Shown piece by piece: positions 49,995-60,589 of a DNA stretch of 64,000 nt. The notes below the pieces were generated by a model. It worked only from the letters and a program-made list of their open reading frames with translations, made no database searches and was not told the origin of the DNA. The DNA is from Neoechinorhynchus agilis (lineage: Eukaryota; Animalia; Acanthocephala): positions 2,072,615 through 2,136,614 of the forward strand of contig CM121341.1 in NCBI GenBank assembly GCA_051530055.1. Reading direction: 5' to 3'. Both the position numbers and the translations under genes were made by a program. Numbering within the stretch: the stretch's first letter is position 1; each line of letters opens with the position of its first letter.

Positions 49995-51149
49995 CTATTT
50001 TTTTACATTTAAGGATCGAATAAGTTTGTTAGCTTCGGTCAAAGCCGGTGGAGCGTGATTTCTTTTATGTGTCCACTGGCCTCCAATACCTTCGTAATAT
50101 TTGATTTTTTCAGCTAATTCCATAGATCGATCATTAGCAGCCAACTTTAGATCAAAAAGTTCGCTCAGTTTCATATGGAGCCTCAGGAGTTTTTCATACA
50201 ACTCAAAGGAATAATCATCCATTTTGAGAGGATCAAAGTGCTTAAGATTATCCAACATTTGTACAAGTAAAGAAGAATGACGAGATCGTTCTCTAAGTTC
50301 ATTGAATAATTTGGAAGCAACATTTGCACCGGGCACACGTTGATCTTCGATTGAACAATTCGTCTGAAGAAGACGGTTCAATTTATTATCGTCTTGATGT
50401 ACATCACCAGTAGCAGTTTGGCTATTTAAGCAATGTTCAATATCCACATCAAGAGAAGCCCAACGTTTCTGAATGGCTTTAAGCCCACATACCAAATCCA
50501 TTTCTTCTTTTACTTCTAAATCACTTCTGTCATAAAGTCTTTGAAGTTGTGATCTTCTCTTATGTTCATGTTCACTGTCATACTCGTAAACTTGACAGTT
50601 TGGATCACGAAATCGACATATTACCCATTGAACCCTATAAAATCTATTCTTAATCTCGTTCAAATCACATTCGCCGTATTTTTCTTCATCCCATCTATCA
50701 AGTACCAAAGGAAACCGGAGTTCATATTTCCTGCACATATCCAACAAATAGCAAGTCCGATCGAATGTCCAAACGTCCGAACGAAGGTTCAATTCGTCAA
50801 ATTCGGTTTTGGTGAATTCAGGAATCCGGTCATCAATCAAATCACTACTAGAAAAAAGATTATCATCGTCCATGAACTGTTGTTCACCTTCACGAACCCA
50901 ACGTTTCATTGGACCATCGGATAATACCCATTTAGTAGCAGTAGCAGTGATCTTCGGACTGGATTCTAGTACTGGCGATTGATAATTATCTTCTCGGAGA
51001 TTTAAAGAGTGGGCGTACGCTGAAATATCGTGCCAAAGTTCATCTTGCTCTTTAGCTTTACGTTTATTCTCACGAATCCTTGCAATTTTTTTAAGATGCC
51101 AATTTGTCATCTTTAAAAGGAGATATCGTTTTAGAAGAAATGAATTCAA
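49995..51149 (-). CDS. DMAP1: DNA methyltransferase 1-associated protein 1 / Swc4-like (SANT domain); true start may lie in a small upstream exon
   Basis: SANT-like WTFDRTCYLLDMCRKYELRFPLVLDRW....DLNEIKNRFY, followed by YDSEHEHKRRSQLQRLYDRS...EEMDL...LKAI. Confidence 0.85.
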   Translation of the reverse strand: MNSFLLKRYLLLKMTNWHLKKIARIRENKRKAKEQDELWHDISAYAHSLNLREDNYQSPVLESSPKITATATKWVLSDGPMKRWVREGEQQFMDDDNLFSSSDLIDDRIPEFTKTEFDELNLRSDVWTFDRTCYLLDMCRKYELRFPLVLDRWDEEKYGECDLNEIKNRFYRVQWVICRFRDPNCQVYEYDSEHEHKRRSQLQRLYDRSDLEVKEEMDLVCGLKAIQKRWASLDVDIEHCLNSQTATGDVHQDDNKLNRLLQTNCSIEDQRVPGANVASKLFNELRERSRHSSLLVQMLDNLKHFDPLKMDDYSFELYEKLLRLHMKLSELFDLKLAANDRSMELAEKIKYYEGIGGQWTHKRNHAPPALTEANKLIRSLNVKK

Positions 51150-51215
51150 GAAAACCTTGTCATCAATTCCATCACGAAAATATCGTCTTTAAAAAAATTA
51201 GAAACCTGTTTGAAA

Positions 51216-51404
51216 ATTGAATTGCTAATATTTTAGTTGTTTTCTGTCTCAAGAAGGATTAAAATGATTTTGAACTGCCGATTGATTTCGGAGGCACAAT
51301 CTTGTACGCCTTTATCAATATTGCGCCTTCGAAATTAATCGGCAGTTCAAAACCATTTTAATCCTTCTTGAGACAGAGAACAACTAAAATATTAGCAATT
51401 CAAT
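51216..51404. mobile_element. Near-perfect 189-bp palindrome centred on a hammerhead-like core (family B variant)
   Basis: ~85-bp arms. The minus strand centre reads TTGATAA-A-GGCGTAC-AAGATT-GTGCC-TCC-GAAA-TCAATC-GG (51318 to 51278). The opposite arm has GAAA-TTAA-TC with a palindromic stem III. No TSD seen. Confidence 0.8.
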
Positions 51405-51631
51405 CTTTTTGCATGGACTGGCATGGAAGAATCAATAAAAGTTATTGATGACGACATAAAATCAATCATTATTATTTGCAACTATTGAATCGAAATGAAT
51501 TAACGGTGGAAAAAAATTCCCCAAAGTTTGTCATCTAAAACACAAAAATCCTTTTTTTTGCAATATCTATTTTCCCAATCACCAAACAAAATATATCCAT
51601 GAACAATTTATTTAAAACATAAAATTGATTT

Positions 51632-52000
51632 CATATATCATTATCCTCGGGGTGAATTTGATTGTACGTTGGTGAATCCTTTCCCCGGTGTTGTAGCTCA
51701 GATCCGCGGGTTTGCTAATACCCGAAGTGTGGAGGATCCGCACACACCTCCTTCGGTTTGTTGCCGACTAATTTGTTCGTCATGCTACGCAATTTTGGTA
51801 GCACCAGAGTGTGGTTTGATTTGTTGCCTTCCATCGTCCGAGTTTCCAGCTACATCCAGACGTGACCGACTGTGCATGCTATGTCATCTCCATTTTAGAT
51901 AGAGACTGAAGCGGCAAGGAAAACCTTGCGAAATATTTCTCAAATAAATGAGTAACGAAAACACCGGGGACAGGATTCGCCAACGCACAATCATTTTATA
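51632..52000 (+). mobile_element. Family C element: inverted tail arm, GC-rich spacer, minimal type I hammerhead-like motif, tail
   Basis: 51902-51941 reads GAGA-CTGAAGC-G-GCAAGG-AAAA-CCTTGC-GAAA-TA-TT-TCTC, with perfect stems I and II and A9 replaced by C. 51635-51695 is the reverse complement of the family tail (ACACCGGGG...GGATTC.CCAACG.ACAATCA). Confidence 0.8.
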
Positions 52001-52319
52001 GATTTTCAAGACTTCAGGTGAATCTCCAATCAGTTTCATACTGATTGAAAAGAAAGGAAATGCTTGTTTAATCCACTTTAAATGTTTTGAAATGACTTGC
52101 AATAAGTGTTTGTGGCGATAATATAAATTAGATTATATTGATTTATGGAGACGTAGAGTCAATTTTTCTGTAAAGATTCGAAACGAATAAGATTTCAAAC
52201 GTTAATCATAATACTTAAGATTATTGTTTCAACAATGGTTTCTTCGAAACTGGTTTCCAGCATTCTCACTTGACTATGTTCTCATAACTCGTTTGTTCTC
52301 GAATAAGCGGACGTGATTT

Positions 52320-52470
52320 CTATAGATGGCGTGCGATATGGTGAATTTGATTGTGCGTTGGCGAATCCTGTCCCTGTCCTCCATTTTAGATAGAGACTGA
52401 AGCGGCAAGGAAAACCTTGCGAAATATTTCTAAAACCGGGGACAGGATTCGCCAACGTACATAAACTTTA
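52320..52470 (+). mobile_element. Second family C element: inverted tail arm, identical hammerhead-like motif, tail
   Basis: 52379-52431 is identical to 51888-51940. 52344-52375 is the reverse complement of the tail at 52438-52460. Confidence 0.8.
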
Positions 52471-52684
52471 TAGTTTTATCCAATAGAGAAGATATTATCG
52501 GGCACCCTCGGTTCCTGGACTCATTGTCCACTAGAATCCCCGAAACTAAATGTTTTGAACTACTTAAATAAAAATCCGCAGCTAATCGAAAATTGTATGT
52601 TTAAATGCAGATTCGAGTTTAGAAAGGTATAATTCATAGGGCAGTTAACATAATTCAGGAAATATAATTTTGGTGAACATACTC

Positions 52685-52828
52685 CCGGTCATAACCTATT
52701 TGATTTTGATTTATAAGGGAAATATTTCGCGAAGAGGTAACCTCACCGAAAACAATGACTGATGAGGCGAGGTTACCTCCTCGCGAAATATTTCCCTTAT
52801 AAATCAAAATCAAATAGGTTATGACCGG
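52685..52828 (+). mobile_element. 144-bp palindrome with a canonical hammerhead core
   Basis: 63-bp arms with 2 mismatches. The plus strand reads CTGATGA-G-GCGAGG-TTACCT-CCTCGC-GAAA-TATT (52759-52792). No TSD seen. Confidence 0.85.
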
Positions 52829-53696
52829 TTGATTATTTTTAATAAAAAATTATACTTTGATTAATCCGAAGGATTTTCTCTGTCGATGAATAATTCTTAA
52901 TATTTCTCCATTAAATTAAAAATATCCAATCCAGTTGGATAAAATCAAGGAGAGGATGTATTGTTTAAACGTCTTTTGCGATGATCACGCATTTTTGCGA
53001 CCTTAGAAGCAATCCAAGTAAGGTGACTTATTCACGACCGAGCTTTAGGTCTTTAGCAAACGCATTTAAAGGGCCCTCCGGTGTAGCAGTCGTCTAATGA
53101 TCATTGTCTTTTTTATGAGAATATACAAACATTGTATTAATCTCCGTTGATTTTTAATATTCTCATAAAATCTGTATTTTATGAACGTATCACTAATCTA
53201 ATAAAATACACTGAATTTTTAATAAACATTTTAAAAATGACAAGTAATAAAATTTATATGAGTTTAGAATTCATTTGGATCAACATTGAGGATTTGTTAA
53301 AGTTGCCATTTAGTTCTTTAGGATATCCTTTCCCAGCTTTTTGGCATGAAACCACGCTGATTCTTACATCAGGAAAGCGCATAAAATCACGCGGTTATGA
53401 GTTTGTACCCGGATCCCCGTCCGGATACTTCTCAGTGAGTTTCCTTTTACCTTCCCCAACGTATTTCGTCCCTTTGGTTAGGAATCGAAGACGATTGTGG
53501 ATATTGAACCCTTTGACCCTACTAAAACAGGGACTCAAAGCTCAAGTAAAAACTTGACCTCCTCTTGGCACAACTACGGAAAACCAAAAATATTTCTTGA
53601 GCTCAGCAATATATGGAAAAATCATGGATGTTCTAAAGTTACACTCACATTTATTAATGAGCGCTCATTTTATATCCGATTTTCAGTTTTTAGAAA

Positions 53697-56600
53697 TCAA
53701 AAAACAAAAGCGGCATCAAGTATACCAATCAAAATATCGAAAAGATCTTCAATTCGACTGCATGTCTTCCTTGCAGCACTTGCTCTTTCTGCGATACTTA
53801 GATCGAAAAATGACGCCAGAAGGTCCATATCGATTATGGTATGGACAAGATTCTCGAATATGTTTGTGGATGGAAATGTGCAATTTCTAAACAATGGAAA
53901 TGAAATATTTTTTAGAGAAAATTTAATACCTTCCAGTCTTTTTCCGAAGACCACAATAATTCGGAATTCCATGATGCAGAACGCTTTGAAGCGATACGAG
54001 GATGTTGTAATGTATTGGATTGATTGGAAGTAGGAATTTCATTCCTCCTCTTGAAGTCGGAAAAATATTTGCATGGCGGACACCTTCGATGTTGTCGGCA
54101 AAAGCTCGCATTCCACAGTTAACTCGAGATACCGTATTAAATTCTGATCGTTTAAGCAAATAGCATCCACTTTTGCTTGTTATGTCTTTTTTTAAATTAC
54201 GACGATGTTAACTGGATGGGGTTGTTGGCGATGGCGGATCGACATCGATGGATAGAGGTTTTGAGATATTTGTGGTATTGTAAAAAGCAAAAAAGCAATG
54301 CTCAACAGCAATTTGGAATTTGTTAGAGTTTTTGGGGCGTTAAATGCTTTAAATTTCTGCATAAAATATCAGAGATTTTGCGTCAACCTAAAGAGCAAAA
54401 TGGTTAATTAACATGTCTTTATCCACCTCCAAGTAAAGCGCTCTTTTCCATTTGAAGTTGAAAAGGACAAGATCACACCAATTTTCGGAATGAACCCCAA
54501 GTTTGAAAACTTCCACAATACCGGCAATGTTGAACAACCTTTAACATAATGTTTTTTAGAATTGCGATTAAAAATTACTTCAGTTGTTTGTATCTGGCGT
54601 AAAAAATTAAAACAATTTTATTGATTCCAATATTTCGGCCCGCAATCTTGTAAGCATTTATCAAGGTTTTAAAGTGTTTTTTCCGAGTTTGGCGATGTTT
54701 TTCCCCTAATTGTTGTTGATCATTTATTTAAAATATTTCGTAAACATTTCGCTTACCTCTTCAGTTTACGGAATATTTTAAAATAAATGATCAACGACAA
54801 TCCGGGCGAAAAACATCGTTAAACTCGAATCAAATTCACCCCGACGATAATTCTCTATGATTTAAAGTGTTTTATTCGCACGCCGTAAGCCTCGAACACG
54901 TACAAGATTATGGCTCCGAAAACAATTGGAATTAATAAATTCTTTTAATTTCTCACGCCAGATACAAACATGAACAACTCAATTTTTTAAACATTACTTC
55001 GGTTTAAAAAAATAAGATTGACTTTTTATTGTAACGCAGTCATTAAACGAGATATTGATCCTATTTTACACAAATATACGGTAGATTTGCAATTATCAAC
55101 CCACGTTTCTTTGAATCCTTAAGATATCCTCAATTCTAATTTAATTGTTTTTTTTATTGTCGCAGTGGACGAAAAATATATCGAATAACAAGTCCATTTA
55201 AAAATTAAAGATTTTTAGTAAGAATGTGCAATTAAGTCGGAATAAAAGAATGTTTAATAGATAATTTTTGAAATCTTTATTTTCTGAAATACGCTGTACC
55301 CCATCGCCAACAAAAATCGTCAAACATTCCATACCTGCAGGTTTATGACTGTATACGGTCATGTTTCCATCGACATCAATTGCTATTATTTTTCAAAGCT
55401 AATTGATTAATATTTTTGTTTGAAGCGAACTTACCGCATATTCCCAATTGTTTATCATGTACAATAAAATCAGCATATAATACATCCAAATGTTGACGGT
55501 CCTAATTTTCTTGCTTGAATACAACACGACAACATGGAAATGCTTACCCTCGCAAGAAACGAGAGCACCTTAACTTCAGTCTGAAAATGAAGAAGATAAA
55601 CTCCTTTCACTATATCGAGTGCAATGATGATATTTCGAACGACTGACAATCTATGGATATACACAGAAACGTCCAAGAAAGCAATCCCAACTAATTCATT
55701 GTCTGCGAGTTTCCAAAGAAACATTTTTTGGCCAACAGCTGCAATCAAGTATCCTGAAACACTGTCAATCACTGTTACAGCGCCCCGTTCTTCTCTATCG
55801 TGAACAATCTTGAGCTTATAACGGCTTAGTGGTTTATTTGGCTCTGGTACAACATCGGCTACTTCAAGTAAAAGTATACGTCCACGGGCATGAACGTCCT
55901 CATTGTAACTGTTGACTGTTGAGACTGCGACGTAGTGCTTAAAACTATCGTAACGTTCATCTACTCGAAGTTTGACGTTTTTCATACACGTTACGTGCTC
56001 CCAATCGATGAAATCAATTCTAAATTCAAAAGTAGGGGGAGGTCGTTCTAACCACACGTTATGCCTCGATTTTAAAATATTGTAGGGAAAATTACGGATT
56101 TTGAGAAATACTCACTTTTCATCGGGAATCACGTGCCAATCGAAAGTGTACAGAATAATTGAAAATTGCTTCCTTTCGGGCAATATACGGTTAGGTCCTT
56201 AATTTCACATTAGCGATTGAATTAAAGAAGAAAAAACACCATACGAATTACCTCTTTTATAATTGATCACGGCCTTGTCCTCGCCACTCAATTGCATTAT
56301 ACAACTGACTTTCTCCAACGTACTTTGGCAAACGGCAAAAGTCTATTGCATTTTTAAGAGACTTTAACCAGTACAAGAACAAACCTCAGTTTCTTTTATG
56401 TAAACAACGTGGTGAACAGTTGTTTCAATCAATTTGGATCGAATTGGCCAAATCGCATCGTAGATAAACTCGTTTGAAAATTCAGCTATTCGTAACTGAT
56501 CACTGTCGTTAATGTAGACGAATCCACTTGCACAAGTCTCGTTCGAAAACGGTGCTAGTGATCGTATGTGTTTTTCTGGTTTCATCGATAAGGTCCGCAT

Positions 56601-59600
56601 TCCATGATGAAGGGTAAAGATTTGCCAGTATGGACGAGAACCACATATGAATATGGCAGCATTTGTGGTAAAAAGATTTTGTTTAAAGATCACTTTAAAG
56701 ATAAGATTCTCAAGGTAATAAGGGAAAGATGAAAATTTTATGAGTTTGAATGGAATTTTTAGCGACTTCGAATATTTATTCCATTGCAGCAAGTTGATCA
56801 AAGTATCGAAATAATTTGAATTTTCATTGGCTGAAGCGAGAATTCTTAAATCAAAAATTACAACTGATTTGCAAAATTTTAGCTTGTCAGGCTGAGCAAC
56901 GCATACGAATGTTAAAAAACCAAAGAGCTATTCTTTTGATTTAATATGGAATAATATGAAAATTTCCTCGATTGGCTTAAGAAATTCTTTGTAAGCTGTC
57001 TATTAAATGGTGGAATGTTTTTTTAGAAGACTGAAAAGTATAAAGAAAAATAATTAAAAAAGGCAATTAAATTTTAATGATTTCTTCTAATAATCCAAAA
57101 TAAGAAAGAGAGATCAGCTTTGACACTGAAATTTGCACCTTCGAAAGGAAACCAAAAAGAAATCTATAGTATAAAAATATTCAGACAATTTTTTTAATTG
57201 CTTCATTTTAGATTTTCACATTAATCTGTCTCTTCTTCTTTTTCGACGACACCCTATTCGATTTTCGCCAAAGCAGCAGTCAGTGTTTAGATAATTAAGA
57301 ATTCTTTTAAGATCCCCAAATTGCCACTACCACAATTTCCGCACTACACCATGACATCCTCCAATGTTCTGAAATGGCACAATGGTTCGCCTTTTAATTT
57401 TACGCTCCCCATCGCTGTTATTATTCAAAACATTAACGAAAGGATGAATATAAGCGTCGTGGCATAGTCTTTTCATATAAAACTCCCCGTCATCTTCTTT
57501 ATATACATCATATATAAATACTTCATTCGAACGAAAATAGACGAACAATCCATTTTCGTGAATATAACATAGAAGTTCATCGATTTCAGGTAAAGGATCA
57601 CATCGTTTCCGTTTAGTAGGAACGACGATTTCAACGGGCGAATACAGTCGCAAAAATCGATTGATTTTTTCGAAACAAAACACGACCTCGTGCTTATCAA
57701 TACTAAAGCATTCAAAGCAATTATCAGCGGAAACAAAGGCAATAAATAGTTCGTTTCCATGTTCAAAAAGGTGATGAACCTTCACAGAACCGCTAAAAAT
57801 TTCTTCATCTTCATCAGGATTTCTTCGTATTGTTGTTAAAACTAGACGCCCAACCCCGTTCCAAACACCAAACGAAGAACCTGATTTATTCTGTTCAACT
57901 CACCATCGGATAGTTTATACAACCAAAGAGAGGTTCCAACCAAGATACTGAGATGATCTCTGGCACAAAACGCGTCTTGAACACATCCATCGCTGATTTC
58001 AATCTTTTGTAAAAGTACATTTCCTCTCATGAACAAGATTTTGTTATCCGATGTTACTTGTACGGCAAAGCATTTAAGTCCTTCGAACAAATTCCCACAA
58101 TAAATCGTACTTTCAGAGCAGTCGAACCCAGTATCGTCTACTTCAGTAACGTCAGTAGTCGTTCTTAGAACCATTGAACCTTTCGGTTTTCGAGCTATTA
58201 CAAGAAGATCATTATGTAACTGATTTTCATCTGATTTCAGAGTCCACAATTGTTCACAATCGGCTAATTCAATTGATGAGATAATATGAAGTGGAACCGA
58301 TCGCGACATTCTACACATTCCACCCATTTGCTTCTGTCCATAACTTGCTACAATATCCATCCGGTGGCCTACGGACACTTCCTCGTCGCCGTCCATGTAT
58401 TTCACATCGTTAAATAAGCCAAAACCGGAATTTAAAGGAGCTTCGCAAATAATTCGGTCAACAATTTTAGATTCGTACTCTACTCCACATTTTATTAGCA
58501 TGTGACTCGATGAAACTTCTGCTTCGACTAACAATCGATCGATTTCGTCCATATCTTCGCTATATTCCAATTTTGAATATACTGATTTTCCTTGGTTTGT
58601 AACAGTGAACTCGATCAGGACACTTTCACCATGAAGGCTTCCAAAGAACAAAACATTCCTGGGCAGTCCAAACGAGAGCTCACATCGAGCGGTACAACTA
58701 CATCGGACCGCAGTGAACTGGTAACAAATCGACATTGAACGGACACTGTGCATGCTATCACTCGTTAGTTCAATCAGGTACAGATCACCGGTCTTGAGAC
58801 ATAATGCAAGTCTATTGATGTCAACGAATTCCGCCACAGAGCAATCAAGAGTGATCTTCAGATCCTCAGAATGTTTCTCGCTCAATTGAATATTCGTTAC
58901 GTCTTGGCAGTTAGAATTGAGGGCAATACCGAATGTTGTAACCGACTGCTTCATATATCGGAGCAATTCGAACGGCGTAAGGACCCTCCTTAATATGAAA
59001 TTTTCAAACAGGACGAAAAATGTTTTAAATTCTTTGAATCAAAATGGGTTTTTTGTTGAAATTTAACTCAAATTTGTGAATGAAATATTTTAATAGCATT
59101 TTGGAGAAAAACCCCATGAATGGCTCCATTTACAGAACGGCATTATTGGACACGACCACAACACCCTCAAGTGGCGAAGGTACGGGTAAAACGTACAAGG
59201 AATCATAGGGCAGTTCCGGATTCGTCCAGAAAACAGTACTTTTCTGAAGACAAAGATTAATTGTGATTGCAATCGAAGCACACGTATCCTTCTCAACAGC
59301 CAATCGTCCGGTCCAGTTCGGTCTTGGTTCACAGAGTAAAAACATAGTAGGAGATGTGAATCCACTAAGGAAGCAAAAGTCGACAACGCGAGCTTTAGTC
59401 CATTGATGAAGTTCGGAAAGTTCGATTAAATAAGTCTTGATTGGTTTCCCAGATTTAGGAATCCAGGATTCGAGTGGCATTATAACAAGAGTGTTACCGA
59501 GAACTAAGACAGCCGCGCAACGATTTTGAGGATCAACTTTAGGAACTGGAGAGTGTGGCGAGTACACGAGACCTCGAGTGTTTAGCTCGCAGCTGTAGTC

Positions 59601-59915
59601 GTGCATTGAGACGGCTTCGATGTTTCGAGAGTACCGATCGAATCGAACTACCGCCATTTTAGCCGGATAAAAAGTAAGAATGATATAGTCTTCATTTAAG
59701 AGACGGAATTTAGCCAATGAGCATATTGCTGACCATAATCGAAACCTGTGTTCGAACCGGAGATAAGGTTTACCAGTTTCCCGATTAACGGAGTAAACGA
59801 TTAAATAGTTTTCACTTGTGAGCACAAGGCTTTCCTTCTGTGGACCAAGGAATTCACAGAAACAACAATTCGTAGGAGCAATCGGAGGACGAAGCGATCC
59901 GAACAATGAATGCAT
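53697..59915 (-). CDS. CPSF1: Cleavage and polyadenylation specificity factor subunit 1 (CPSF160), multi-exon
   Basis: The start MHSLFGSLRPPIAP..FCEF aligns with MYAVYKQAHPPTG. Other matches: PKVDPQNRCAAVL, DFCFLSGFTSPTMFLLCEP..W.GR, EDVHARGRILLLEVADVVPEP..P, V.GYLIAAVGQK, and GGMKFLLPI...LQSVL...PNYCGL. The C-terminus is IIDMDLL.SF..LS..ER. Confidence 0.95.
54582..54986. mobile_element. Family B palindromic element in the penultimate CPSF1 intron, 14-bp TSD with one mismatch
   Basis: Arms at 54582-54660 and 54895-54980. The minus arm reads TTGATAA...GAAA-TATT-GG (54664 to 54627) with a degenerate stem II. Flanks: TTAAAAATTACTTC (54568-54581) and TTAAACATTACTTC (54987-55000). Confidence 0.85.
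54681..54860 (-). mobile_element. Family C palindromic element nested in the previous one, perfect 13-bp TSD, intact hammerhead core
   Basis: TTTAAAGTGTTTT occurs at 54668-54680 and 54861-54873. The minus strand reads CTGAAGA-G-GTAAGC-gaaat-GTTTAC-GAAA-TATT (54764 to 54732). The tail AATAAATGA..AACGA.AA..CCGGG...AATCAAATTCACCCCGA.GATAAT is shared with 51632-52000. Confidence 0.85.
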
Positions 59916-60164
59916 CTCAAAAATGAATGCGCTTAACTTAAATCTCATGTCAAATCGAACGAGAAAGTAAAAATCAATAGAAACCAATCCAACTCAATAA
60001 AAATCACCTCAAATTTATCGATTACCATAAATTACGTTGGTCATCAATCTTTAAGTTTCTTTCAGAAATGCTCTTTAATGACGTCACTGACCAATCTGCA
60101 GTAAAATAAACTACATTTCGATTATATATCTTTACTTGTGAAAACAAACTGCATAGAGATTAAT

Positions 60165-60215
60165 TTGTTAATTCCAAATATTTCGTCCATCTTCTCAGAC
60201 TTCTTCAGGTCTAAA
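60165..60215 (-). mobile_element. Family A hammerhead-like arm upstream of CPSF1
   Basis: The minus strand reads CTGAAGA-A-GTCT-gagaagat-GGAC-GAAA-TATT (60208 to 60177), homologous to 7668-7699. Confidence 0.7.
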
Positions 60216-60349
60216 AGGTCCAAAACCCCTCCAACACGGCAACGAAACCTTCAAAGTATCCCCAAACAGCGAAAATCCCCTTTATTTTCACACTGATCAT
60301 CGAGTTTGGATTCTTTCGTGATTCCAGGTTTTGTTTTGAAGATTATGTT

Positions 60350-60420
60350 TATTTAGGCAAAAGATTATGCCGAAATATCGGATTTAATAAAGTTCATTCA
60401 ATTATTGATGTCCATGATTT
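60350..60420 (+). mobile_element. Family B arm remnant (core lost)
   Basis: GGCA-AAAGATTA-TGCC-GAAA-TATC-GGATTTAATAAA at 60356-60391 matches the right arms at 28516-28551 and 30149-30180. Confidence 0.7.
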
Positions 60421-60589
60421 GTTCTCTGTGAAGAATTATCATTTTCGAATTTAAATCAATAGAATTGGACACTGATTTTATTCAGTCTCGCTATTCAATC
60501 TTTAGAATTTAGTAAATTTTTGAAAGCTGCCTCAAATGCTTACTTTTTTTTAACTTTTCAAACTTTTTCGCTAATTTCTAAACCTCTCC

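Noticed and set aside
53147-54033. Plus-strand ORFs of 136 and 178 aa as genes
   Set aside because: The 53697-54033 part is antisense to the last CPSF1 exons, and the remainder has no recognisable features.
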